Origin: Penicillus capitatus
Lineage: Eukaryota; Plantae; Chlorophyta
Assembly (NCBI GenBank): GCA_965649825.1
Contig: OZ287704.1
Span: forward strand, 404,101 to 468,100
Length of the DNA stretch: 64,000 nt
Direction of reading: 5' to 3'
How positions within the stretch are numbered: the stretch's first letter is position 1; every line of letters begins with the position of its first letter. Below the pieces are notes generated by a model. That model had not been told where the DNA came from, did no database searches, and was given only the letters and a program-made list of their open reading frames with translations. A program made the translations under genes and the position numbers. Of this stretch, positions 38,695-50,756 are shown piece by piece.

Positions 38695-39910
38695 ATGTCG
38701 GACGACATGTATGGCGGCGAGTTGCCAGACGATGGACTGAATGAAGTGCTCGATGCTCCGAGCAACTTACAAAGCGTAAGAATGGCTACGATAATGCGCT
38801 TCGACGCCTTGACGCGAGAAATGGCCCATGTGGAGCGTCCGTTGTACGAATACGAATCGTGGTGTGCTGTTCAGCGTTTGCGATGACGTCGCCTTCTCTC
38901 TTTTCTCTGTGCAGCGCAGAACACCCAAAAAACAGAAAATCGCGAAAGATGCGTAAAACAAAAAACAAAGACGTAAAACAGAAACTCAAAACAGACGAAC
39001 GAGCGCATCAAAACGAAAAAGACGAAAAAGATAAAAAAAGCAAAAAGAATCGAAAGAGGTGTTTCTGTGCTGCAGGAGATTGCGACATTGAAGAAGAGAC
39101 TGGCTGAGGCCGAAGCAGAGAGAGATCGACTGAATGCTCAAGCAGTGCGTTCGTTGTCCTTATCCGAGATCACACTCACACTGTTCTCACTCTTTTGCCA
39201 GGCCTCCAAAGAGAAAGGACCCAAAACGGCGGCGCCGCCAGCGAATCAAGCAGAAGGAAAGCCAAAACAAGAAGGTGAATCCGAAGACAAAACGGCGGAA
39301 GATGCAGCGGAAGAGGCCAAGAACGATGCAGAGACACAGAAACAACGAGAAGAAGTTGATGGTCGATCGGTCTATGTTGGAAATGTCGATTATGCCACCA
39401 CGCCTGAAGAACTGCACAGTGTTTTCCAAGTCCACCACTCCTACGCTGTCTTCCAGGGTGAAAGGAGTCGTCGTGTAGAGCTGTGGGACAGTGAACCGTG
39501 TGACGGTGTTGACGGATCGTACGGGTGCTCCAAAGGGATACGCGTATGTGGAGTTTCTGGAACCGGATGCTGTCGAGGCGGCCATTGCTCTGTCGGAAAC
39601 AGAGATTCATAATCGACCGATCAAAGTCACATCATCTCACACATCTCACCAGACACACCGCTAGACGATTGAACCTAGGTGACGCCAAAGCGGACGAACA
39701 ATCCTGGTATGCGACGTGGTCGAGGAAGGGGACGAGGACGAGGCGGGTACTACGATTTCTATGGATGGTACGGAGGGTGAGCGCAGTTGCTGTAAGAGTG
39801 AGAATGAGTGACAGGTTTTGTGTGGTTGTAGTTATCCGCCGCCGATGCCCTACTTTCCTGGACCTGTGAGAGGACGAGGTCGCCGCGGACGTTGGTTTGC
39901 ACCGTACTGA
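38695..39910 (+). CDS. PABPN1: Nuclear poly(A)-binding protein (PABPN1/PABN type); 6 exons, 300-nt first intron
   Basis: Coiled coil EIATLKKRLAEAE; RRM EVDGRSVYVGNVDYATTPEEL, CGTVNRVTVL, PKGYAYVEF, KVTPKRTN; RG-rich tail ending WFAPY*. Confidence 0.95.
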
Positions 39911-40377
39911 TCCATCTGATCGTGGTTTAGTCCCGACGTTTTCTTTCTCGCAAGTGTCTGCTTACGAGTTATTACGTACTACAAAACTGTAACCGCAGCG
40001 TTCCTCAAGAAAAGAGTGAGGAATGCTTATCGCATATGATCAGCCGTATGAGAATCGCAACAACAACACCATCGTTTATCGTCTTATTGCCATTGTGCAC
40101 AAGACGAGGAATCGTCGACTCTCACACCGTCTCACTCATTTCCCGTCTCTTCCTCCATCGCTTCTCTAAGCACACCGCTAGCGACATCTGACTCCAGGAC
40201 CTTAAACTTCACGCACGCTCGTATGTCACACTTATCACACTGGACTAAACTGGACTGGACTGTGTTTGAGTGCCGATCTATGCGGAGTGCACGCGACACT
40301 CATCGTGTCTGAGGATGTGTGCATTTTTGAATGCGTCACTTCAACGCAGGGCTTTCAAAAGAGTGAGATCATCTTCA

Positions 40378-40971
40378 CTATGTATTCGACTTTGAGAGTT
40401 CTGTGATCGGTTCTCTGCAACATGGGCACTGTCTTTTGATCACCAACCACCTCAACAGACACACACAACCGTCACTTCACTTCCGTCAATGAATGACTGT
40501 GAATTGCCAACTTCTTAAGACATCTCTTGCACACGCGATGTCCACAGGCAAGCGTACACCCCGTCACTTTATTTCGATCCCTATCTCTCTCTTCCAGTTC
40601 GATGACCTACATTCGTCACTCGACGTCACCATCCATCTTTTCAAAACACCGCTCACGGTTCTGAAATCGAGAAAGCACACAGGGCAGGATGGCTCCTCGA
40701 AGACGCGTCCATCTGTTCTTCTCATTCCCGATCGGTCCGACCTACTGCGCACGTATTCGCGCACTCGGCGACGCCATCGCTTTCCTTCTTTCCGCACGTC
40801 GATTGGACGTCGACCAACGTCCCCTTCATCTCGCATCGTTGCCGAGAACCTTGTCCATGGCATGAAGACGATGAGGAGGAGCAGAGCCAAAAACAACACG
40901 CCGTATGAGGCATCGCGCATGACGAAGTCTAAGAAAGACACCAAACCACGACCCATTCTCTTCAAACGCAT
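40378..40971 (-). CDS. Membrane-anchored C3HC4 RING E3 ligase; 3 exons
   Basis: TM YGVLFLALLLLIVFMPW; spliced RING CPVC..LACGHRVCKRCLKKWLVIKRQCPCC using two GT-AG introns (one at 40451-40511). Confidence 0.8.
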
Positions 40972-41085
40972 GCATCCGCTGTACGATGCACTTGACACCA
41001 GTGAAATCGCAGTCGGTACGCTCTCTACTAACCGCACCCATCATCGGAGCCGCTTCACCTCGTTGAAACCGCTTAACATAAGGGA

Positions 41086-41721
41086 TCATTGACAGATGGG
41101 TCCAATGGCATTCAAGGCTTCGACGATGTGCTCGACAAGAATTCGACCCTCTCGATAGGGCGCCGTCCCCACGAGGTTCCTCTTGCAGCTGCGCTCGTGG
41201 TAGACCAGTAATGTCGGTAGATGGTGGCGGGGATAACCAGGAATGCACTCCTCGGATAGGATCTTGACGAACTTGGTGTATGGAAAATCTCCGGCCAATT
41301 CGATCAGACACTTCTCCAGCTCGGTGCATTTGTGATGGCGTGGTTCATAGAGCAGGACGATGACCCATGTCTGTGCACTTGCCTCGGTGACCTGCTGCAC
41401 GAAATCTTTGCCAGCAATTTCCACCATCTCTCCGAATTCTGGTCTTCTCTGCTGCTGCTGTTGAGTGAGCTCCGCAAGGCGTTTCTGTCGATAGGCCTCG
41501 AGAAAACGATCGTCTTCGAAATCATCTTCCCAATCTTCCAATGCATCTTCATCCGCCCCATCGATCGCCTTTTCATCCAGCACACGCTCTGACGACGGTT
41601 TGAACGCCGGTGGAGGTTTTTTCTTTGGTTTCGCTGGCAAATTCCCCAGACGCCGTTGAATGGCATCCCATTCGGTATCTTCTTTCTCCGGCGTTTCGTA
41701 GACGTGGTGATAGTCGGCCAT
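41086..41721 (-). CDS. Phosducin-like protein 2 (PDCL3/Viaf type); intronless
   Basis: EDTEWDAIQRRLGNLP, FEDDRFLEAYRQKRLAEL, FGEMVEI, FPYTKFVKI..CIPGYP..LPTLLVY. Confidence 0.92.
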   Translation of the reverse strand: MADYHHVYETPEKEDTEWDAIQRRLGNLPAKPKKKPPPAFKPSSERVLDEKAIDGADEDALEDWEDDFEDDRFLEAYRQKRLAELTQQQQQRRPEFGEMVEIAGKDFVQQVTEASAQTWVIVLLYEPRHHKCTELEKCLIELAGDFPYTKFVKILSEECIPGYPRHHLPTLLVYHERSCKRNLVGTAPYREGRILVEHIVEALNAIGPICQ

Positions 41722-41853
41722 TCAAGTATGTTTGTGCGTTCAGTGCGTGCGTACGTTCGGATGACGTTTCGCGTTAGAGCAGCTCGAACGAGGTTGACGC
41801 GACATTGTGTTTATCGAGTTTGTTTTCTCGAAGATTGCGTTGTCTAGTGCACT

Positions 41854-43368
41854 ATGGCGCAAGCATCCACGGCGACTTTTCCAGCAGCGGTCGAAACAAC
41901 CGAAGAACCGACAGTGGCCGCAAAGTCCGATGACTGGCGTGCAGCTCTCAAGATTCCTCCAAAGGACACACGTGTCAAGACCGAGGTTTGCGCCGCCACC
42001 GACCCGCTTCTGCGTTGCTAAGCAATGCGCCACAGGACGTAACGGCGACAAAAGGGAATAATTTTGAGGACTATTTACTCAAACGCGAGCTTCTCATGGG
42101 TATCTACGAGAAAGGCTTTGAACAGCCGTCGCCGATCCAAGAAGAAAGCATTCCCATTGCATTAACGGGGCGCGACATTTTGGCACGCGCTAAGAACGGA
42201 ACAGGCAAAACCGCGGCCTTTGCGATTCCAATTCTCGAACGCATCGATACCACAAAGAACGTTATTCAAGGTACCCAAGCATTTGTGGCTGTTAACAGAG
42301 GATGGTACAGTGTATGTTTGTTCGCAGTATTGGTGTTAGTGCCGACGCGAGAATTGGCGCTGCAGACGTCGCAGGTGTGCAAAGAATTGAGTAAACACAT
42401 GGGGGTGGAGGTTGTCGTCTCCACCGGTGGTACAGTTCTGCGTGACGATATCTTGCGATTGGGCGCAACGACGCATCTAGTAGTGGCGACGCCTGGTCGT
42501 ATTCTCGATCTCGCCCGTCGTTCCGTGGCGAAACTTGACCAGTGTTCAATATTGGTGATGGACGAAGCAGACAAATTGCTCTCTCCCGAATTTCAGCCAG
42601 TGATCGAACAGCTCATCGGCTACCTTCCTGAAAAACGCCAGATTCTATTGTACTCTGCCACGTTTCCTGTCACTGTCAAACAGTTCAAGGAACGCTTTCT
42701 CAGCAAACCCTATCTCATCAATCTCATGGACGAACTCACTCTTAAAGGTGTGACCCAGTACTATGCATTTGTCGAAGAAAGACAGAAAGTGCATTGTTTG
42801 AATACACTATTTTCCAAGCTGGAGATCAATCAATCTATCATTTTCTGCAACTCTGTGAATCGTGTGGAACTGCTGGCGAAGAAGATCACGGAGCTGGGAT
42901 ACTCATGCTTCTATATTCATGCCAAGATGCAACAGAATCACAGAAACAGAGTTTTCCATGATTTCAGAAACGGGGCGTGCAGAAACCTTGTATCTTCAGG
43001 TATCGCTCTCCCTCCCTCCCCTCTATCATCCATTTCTCAGATGGCTCACTCACATGTGCTCTTTGTCAGATTTGTTTACCAGAGGTATCGATGTCCAGGC
43101 AGTTAACGTTGTCATTAACTTTGATTTCCCCAAGAATTCGGAAACCTATCTCCACAGAGTGCGTGATCGGTGTATAGGTGGTTGAATGGTGCTGATCCCG
43201 AGAGTGGTATTGTAGGTCGGCAGATCTGGGCGCTTTGGACATCTCGGTTTGGCGGTGAATCTGATAACCTATGAAGATCGTTTCAATCTCTATAAGATTG
43301 AACAAGAGCTTGGTACGGAGATCAAGCCGATTCCCTCTACGATTGAAAAGACTCTCTACTGCGTATAA
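41854..43368 (+). CDS. DDX6: DEAD-box helicase DDX6/Dhh1 (RH6/8/12 type); multi-exon
   Basis: [77 protein letters not shown]. Confidence 0.98.
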
Positions 43369-44688
43369 ACGGCTCACGGTTCATATCTGACAGCAACAAC
43401 AGTGTAGATTCGCTAGGCACATTAGTGTTTGTTGTCGTTGTTGATGTCTCTTAGAATAGGAAAGTGATCTCGAGCGAAATCGATGTCAGCTCTAGAGTAG
43501 TTTTCAGCCATTGCTTCAGCTGATATCTCTATCTGGCCTCATGTTTTGCACGGAACACAAACTACAGTTGTTTCTTATCATCTGCGGCCAGCCATTGTGA
43601 AGTTCACGATGATGACAAAAATACGAGGATTTGACACTGATATTTTTACGCTTTGCTCCTGACTGATGAAGGGTTTGTGTTTGTTGAGTGAGAATGCAAG
43701 ATTGGAGTCTTCTTTACACGTGGCTTTAATCGAATCGGAACGCATTTGGTTCGAAACATTTTGGAGTTGATTGATTGTTCGTTTGTGCTATGCCGTTACT
43801 GTGGTTGTCCCTTTGCCAGGGAACACCATCCTTCTGCCGAATCGTTTCATTCCTGAAAGAACAACCTTCGACTCTAACAGAATAATTTTTTTTGTTTGTT
43901 TTTAGCTCGTTTTTGTTTTTTGTTCCTTTCTCGGAGTTGATCAAAAAACGCACAGCAACAGAAGCAGCAGCAGCAGAAGGACACCCCAACATTGCCTTAC
44001 TCTTTCCTAGTCAAGACTCTGGCCACATAAGCATCTCTTTCAGGAAGCGATACACTATAGGATTTTTGAGTGTCCTATCTTGCCTAAATATCTATCTGTG
44101 TGACATGCGTATGCGAGTGAGCTGTGTGTGGTGGTGATGGCGGGATTTGATTGCGAGAAAGATTCTCCCCCTACCTCTCCCTCCCTGTCATACATCCATC
44201 ATTCCAGGGAACAGTAACTATATCTCAAAGCGTCGTCGTCGTCGTTGTCATCTCTAAAGGAATCTGAAATATTTACGAGCCAATCGTTTTCTAATCAGCT
44301 GTGAAGAAGTTCAATCGTCTGAAGAATCTCTATCTACAGTTCCGTTATCAAATTGTCTCTCTCTATCTGAGTTGTTCCGCAGAAACTGCTGACATAATAC
44401 AGACTGACCAAACGTTCGTGCTGTCCTCTCAGAAGCATGTTCCGGAATGCATTTGTTGTCTGTGGGCTTCCATTGTTCTCTAAGTGTCTGTTTGTGGAAG
44501 GAAAGAAATCAATCCATGCATCAAGCGTTTCAATCGAAGCTCGATGAGAAAAACCATTGCTTGAATTGTTTGTGATGCCTGTTGACGTTATTTTATCATT
44601 CTTCTGGGCAAGCAAAAAAGCAACAACGTATATTGCACGATTGCATGATTAACGACAATTCATCAGTTCGTCTATACACACGCGTCAC

Positions 44689-45870
44689 TTATCCGTATCG
44701 ATTCCGACTGCCACCGCCGCCACCGCCGCCACCGCCGCCACCTCCACTGTACGCATCGTCGTAACGACTGCGGCGTCGATAGCCATCGTTATATCCACCT
44801 CGCCGACGATCATCGTAACTACTGCGATAGTCTTCGCGACGCCTAATGAGCACAACAACAGAATAGCATGATCATCGGTGACATACCCCTGGACAACTCG
44901 CGAAGCGCCTCAGGGGAGTGCCGTGTCATGCAACACTTGGCACTTGTCGCTTACCTTGGTGGCGAGCGCGAACGTTCTCTTCTTCGATGCGTCTCCCTTT
45001 CCTCGACCTCCCCGCGCATCTCACGCGATCTCGATCGCTCACGGACACGACGTTCATCTACAGGCGGTGTTGTCTCTTCCTTCTCCTGCCGCTCCTCTTC
45101 CTGAATCTTCCGATAGAGATCCATACGCTCTCCCAATCGATCGCGTTCTTCTCGAATACTCTTCCATCCTTGATACTGTTTACCGTTCAAATGATCGCGT
45201 CGACGCTGTTCATTGTCGGTACTGTTGATAAACACGCCACAGACTTCGCAGACCGTCATGGTCCGCTCAGGTGTCGTAAATGTCTTGTACATCTCATCGT
45301 ATTGCTTCTTTAGAGCATCAGCTTGTTGCGAAAAGACGATGGACTGATCCACATCGCCAACGTCGCCCATCTGCTCTGCCTTGTCCAATGCCTCCTTGAC
45401 CTTCTCCTGGATGCTCTCCAGCTGCACGTGCTCCTCTGGCTTCAGCTCACGTGGAGCACTCTCTTTTTCGGCACGTTCTTTCGAACGGGCAATTTTTCGA
45501 TCCATCTCTTTGACGAGGGTATCGAGATAGCGAAAGAGTTCTCGCTCATAGCCGTAACGCATTTTCTCGCGATCGGGCAGAGCATCCCACTGCGGACCGA
45601 CTTTACTCCAATCGAGGTTTTCGCTGTGCAGTTCGTATTGACACTGACCTGTAACGTTTATCAAGCAGTCGAACGTAGGAGAGGTGATAGATAGTGCTTA
45701 CCGAGGTCGCTCTTGGTATTCTTGAACAGCGTGAAGGGACAGAGTCCGGCGAGTTCGTATTTGCAGACAATCGAGTCGGTAAAGCGCAGTTCCTTGACTT
45801 TCCTTTCAGATAGAGGGACGTTTCGGTCTTTGCCCATTAACTCATCGAGTAATGCACGCGTCGAGTCCAT
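44689..45870 (-). CDS. LUC7: LUC7-like U1 snRNP protein
   Basis: MDSTRALLDELMG, zinc finger 1 (VCKYELAGLCP..FKNTKSDLG), zinc finger 2 (VCEVCG..DHLNGKQYQGW), RS/RE tail, Gly-rich end. Confidence 0.95.
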
Positions 45871-46705
45871 CTTGAACAGGGCAGCGACGAAATTTTCGTC
45901 TGGCGATGTCTTGTTTTGCGTTTCCTGTTGTGTGAAGCGAAGGTGCTGATGCCGTCGGTGATAATGGAATATCATCTAAGACCCAGAAGTGGAACCCTGT
46001 CGAGTCGCCTGTGGAGAAGTTTATCGTTAAACGGTCGCTTCATTAAGGCCAGCAGAGACAACGATCAGTTATCCAGAAAGCGGCGCGACCGCGGACCGAT
46101 TCTACCAAGTCCCAGAAAGATACCGTTCGGTTTATCTATTCTCTACAAAGCGCATAGGAGTGATGCTGTTCTCATCAAGTCGAACTCTACTTTGACACAC
46201 GAGAGGAAATAGCATCTTTGATTGACAGTCGACATGATTCTTAAAGAGGCATGCTCTAGCTGTCCGTCAACGATCTCACTACAGATCAAGGGAGACATGG
46301 CGTGCAATACATGGCCAGTCAGCGTGACTTTCTCTCTGAGTAGTTTATCGAATGTGTCTCCTAACGGAGAACTGCATTGCCTGCATCCTGTAAAAATCGA
46401 ACAGGTCACTTATCTCCATTCAACTGTCCGCGATCGAGGAAGAACGCCGCCATTAGGACAGGGCCTCCATATCTCTTCTGTCGATTCACAGACTGCTAAA
46501 CGCGTCTGCTGTGTCCATTGATCGCTATGTTTTCCTCTTCTCACGAAAGAATGGCATTTGCAACAAATCGCCACGTCGAACGGAATGTGACGCATCACTG
46601 GGACGACACGGTTGGCACTCGCGGACGTCCTGAGGGTCCTTTGAGCTACTCGATTCGGGGAGGCGCGACCGAAGACCAGTAAGGCAACAGAACGTGTGAA
46701 TTAAA

Positions 46706-49367
46706 TTAAGGCTGATCGTTTAGTCTAATCCCAGTTTCTCCAGAAGAGTGAGTGACTTTGATGATGAGGGTCAACCAGCCGTCCTTCACAAAACCGAGCT
46801 TCTCGTCCTCCAATTCGATCCTGCTCAGCGACCAGTTAAGGTGTCGACACATCTCTGGAGAAATCACCAGCTCCTCCTCTACAGAAGATCGATCAACGAA
46901 CCAGGGTTGCCAGTGGTGTATTACTACGGATTTCTTCGTCGTTTGGTTGCGTGTGCTTGACGACATGGAGGTCGACATGGACACGTATCTTTTCTTTAAA
47001 CCAGTTTGTAACAGCCAGTTGCATGTACTTCGTCCTCGAATCAGAATCGGGAGCCTGCAGTTCCAATCTCCTGTTTGACATGAACGAATCAAGACCTCAA
47101 AGTCGACAAAAAAGAGCGAAAGAGGGAGTGGGCGTATGCTTACATCGGGGTGTCATTGATCCAGATTTTCTCTGAAACAATGCGACCTGGGTTCAGTTGT
47201 GCATGTCTCACTTTCCACTAGAACACTCAACTTCAGTACCTCCAAGAGATGGGGCCAAGCATACTGTGCAATGTGCAGTACTTCCATCAATGGAACAATT
47301 GAAGTTCTCGTTGTCCTGATTAGCAAGCCTTACGTTCAAGCGGACAAGGAAGAAGTCGTGTTTCAGGAAGCCAGAGGACGAGTCTATGAGGTCCTTGACG
47401 GTACACAATGTAGTCTTTCCAGTGGTTTTTTTAAGGGGTGTTTCAAAACGCCAAACTTCAGCAGGAACATCAACGTCAAGGTTCGAAGAACATGCAGAAA
47501 CGATTTCTTACCTTGGTTCTTGTTTTTCGTTGCGTCTTTGAAGTTGACAACCTTCGTTGTGGAGTGAGCGCAAGGCTCCGGCCCTAGTGTAGCACTAACG
47601 GAGAGTCCGATGTCTCCATTCTCTTCCCTTTTGATGACGAACTCCCTGGTTGACAGCGTGACATTGCCGTCATAACAGAATCCTAAATGGCCTACCATGT
47701 GCAATCGTCCACCACGAAAGACTTAGAGAACAGTCCCTTCGGATTCTCCAACAGAGACCGGTGCACACAGCACTAGGGAAGACCACCATTTCTCAACATT
47801 CATAGAGAAGGGAAGCAGGCTGAATCACCTCGTAGTAGGCATACCACTTGGACTTGGCCAGCAGATAGGCATGCTCAACGCCGTTATCGATACCAGTACT
47901 CTCTGTGTTTCGAACACATATCAGACAGGCAAAGCAAAAAGCGGACATCGACCTTCGATCTGCACACTCATCGCTTCGTCGATCGCCGAAACGATTCTCT
48001 CCTTCTCCTCTGCCTCTCTCCTTTGGCGCAGGATGTCCAACGTAAACTGTCTGCAGCTCATGAAAGAGATCCTTGCGCACAGCGTGATCCAAACATCCTG
48101 CACGAAACTGCATGACTTGTCTTTTAGTTGGCTTTCCTTTGCGAGGTGAATCCAGTCCGTCTGGGATCCAGGACCGCGCAGATAGAGCATTTCTGCAAAA
48201 GACAGGGCTCATCAGAGCCAGAGAGAGAATGGTGTCACCAGGCGAAGAGCTGGCTTCAGTGGATTCGCGGTTTTGCATGGAGCACGCCAAACGTCCGTAG
48301 AGGGGACTGCCTCCGGTGTGTTGCAGCAACAGATCCAGGTCTGTCCAATCAGAATTCGATCCATGCGGTCGGACTGCCAAGCTCCTACGTAGCCAACCGT
48401 CAATATGAAGGAACAGCTGATGTCGTAGTTCTTGCAGTGTGCAGCCGCCGGTGTCGAAGTCATCTGTTGTTAGAATGGATGGACTCATCTGTTCAAGGTG
48501 TCTCAGCTTCCACTGTGGTACACATAAACATGTTCCGAAGAGAAAGCAGGAGAAGAGGCAACCTCGCACACAGCGTCCCTTCCTTGAAAGGAGAGCCTCC
48601 AACATTCGTTCTCTGGACACCTGATTCGCAGTTCCAGGCGCAGCGTAAAGTAGTTGCTGTCAAGGAAACACTTGCAGCGATTCTTGACGTCCTCGATCCT
48701 CGCCATGTCACGAATTCCCTTTCGTTCATCAAACGAACGGAAAATACATGTGACATCTAGACAACAAATAAAGACAGCTCAGGAACTTGGCGACGTCAGT
48801 GCATTCTCTTCTGGCAACTTTCGCAGATGTTTTGCTTCTCGTTCTCCCAGTTTAAAAGAGTTAGCGAAAAGTGCGTCTTCACCAATTCCCTGTTCCGAGA
48901 ACGGAGACAAGATATAAGGTTCCCTGTTGCTGAGTTCTCGACTTCGATGCACCTTCATCACAGAGTACATCAAAACGAGAACTTTATAACGCCTACTGTG
49001 TCTTCCCTTACCAATGATGGCCATTCACTTCGAAGCATCCGATAATATTTTCATGTTCTTCTTCGTCAGGAAAGAGTGATGTACGCGCCACTAACAGAAT
49101 ACGCCACAGAAAGATTCTGAAGGGCCAAACGAAACTCACTTCGTAAGCCGCGCACGACGCGTGCTTCTTAAATGTGTAAGCGTGAGGGATGCCTTCTGTA
49201 ACTTGGTTTCCCTCTGAACGCGACACACTTTCGACTTGCGTCGTCGTGCAGTCTGATGGTTTTTCAACATAAGTATTTCCGAGCTTAGCATCGCGTTTGT
49301 AGCCACGGTGCTGAGTGCTAAGCCCTTCGTTGAACGGCCACGGTTGCTGTTTTTTCTCTTCATCCAT
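46706..49367 (-). CDS. Multi-MATH/TRAF-domain protein; many short exons; 3' end may extend toward 46143
   Basis: Repeated MATH-like segments: FEVNGHHW|CIEV..FSLTLLNW..FLDSNYFTLRLEL; QWKLRHLEQM..FDTGG; LKDKSCSFVQDVWITLCARI; LIDSSSGFLKHDFFLVRLNV; LEDEKLGFVKDGWLTLIIKV. Confidence 0.6.
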
Positions 49368-50756
49368 ACTGCTTGAAAATCAACCTCGTGTGGCGTCGTT
49401 CTCAGATGACACGGATAAAAGGAAGTCAAAAGAAAGGGTATTACAGCGTGACTCTTCGACTGCCCCTTCTATAGCGCGATGATTCTCTTAATCCATCCAT
49501 CACATCCATCACATCTGTGTCTCTTAAACTGAATCTGACACGGAAAAATGGCGACATGTAACGTCTAACGGCAGCTGTGCGCAATGCGGTCTTCTGGATG
49601 TGTCTCACAACGAAACGAAAGAAAGAGATTAGGATTTGGTTGTTGACTTGACTCGTAAAGCCTGATGAACGACCGCAAATTTGGCGCTATCTGCGTCATT
49701 TTCATTGAAGAGATCAGCTTTCACGTGAAGACCTCTTTTTTCTGTCACGGCAGCCGTCGACTGTTCTCCCCAGGACAGAGATCCATTTGCAATCTGCACC
49801 TGTCAGTCAGAGATGAGAGAATGAGGTACAGTTCTGAGCTGTTGGTTCGCTGAATGCATACCGAATTTTGTGTTTTCTGGATGTCCATATGGCGAGACGC
49901 ATACTATTGTTTTGGACAGACCACCGTCGACTCTATAAATGGTGTCCGACATTCCCTCGCCTCTTCCAACTCCAGATTGCAGCGTTTGAAGACTGAGCTG
50001 TCTAGACAATAAAAAGATCTTGCGACATACCAGATGAGGTGCGTATTCAATAAAGTACTGCATTCTGCCACATATGCTCTAGAAGCAAAGCAGAATTCGA
50101 GATTTCGATGCACAAATATGCATGCAGAGATTCCAAACAAATGGATCTGAGCAAGAGCGCATTTACGTCGTCTTTGACCTGATATCGGGATTCAAGACGG
50201 TTCTGTTCGCAGTGGCCAGCCGATCGGCAGAACGAACCGCGTCTATCCGCTACTCTCTCTTTCTCTACTGCTGTCTTTTAAGGCCCTACTGGGCGAGGCA
50301 GATATTTCGTTGTGCGTGCGTCTGTTCTGTCTTTCGTCGTTGATTAATAGGAAAACTCTTGTACTTATGCGAAAACGTGGACTTCTGCCCTCGTGTCGAT
50401 TTCGTTGTGCGGTTCGTTCACATACTTCAGGGCTGTCAATTCTTTGTCTGCGATCTGTCGGCGATGTCGACGATTCCGCGCAACCACTATCGAATTCTCT
50501 GCCACGCGTTTACTTTAAAGAGAGACTGTGTGTACTGATAGATGTTGCACTCATGAATCCAATACGCTTCATAATACCCCCCACTCTTTTTATCGGAAAG
50601 GTCGATACAAACGACGCGCAAAAAATGGAAATCCAAATAAAATGCTCAAATGCGTGTCACACACCGTGCTCGGCGTGTGACTTTGAAATGCTTCAGTTAT
50701 TCCAGGAAGTAGTAGAATTGCATGGTATGACATCCAAGTTCAGTGCCTGTCTCTGT

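Noticed and set aside
38915-39058. A-rich tract as a Lys-rich coding exon of PABPN1
   Set aside because: Available acceptors give stops in the PABPN1 frame, and the downstream intron would be only 17 nt.
44709-44745. (CCGCCA)n repeat
   Set aside because: Simply the poly-Gly tail of LUC7.
49630-50063. Possible small spliced minus-strand gene
   Set aside because: Plausible-looking exons but no consistent start or family evidence.
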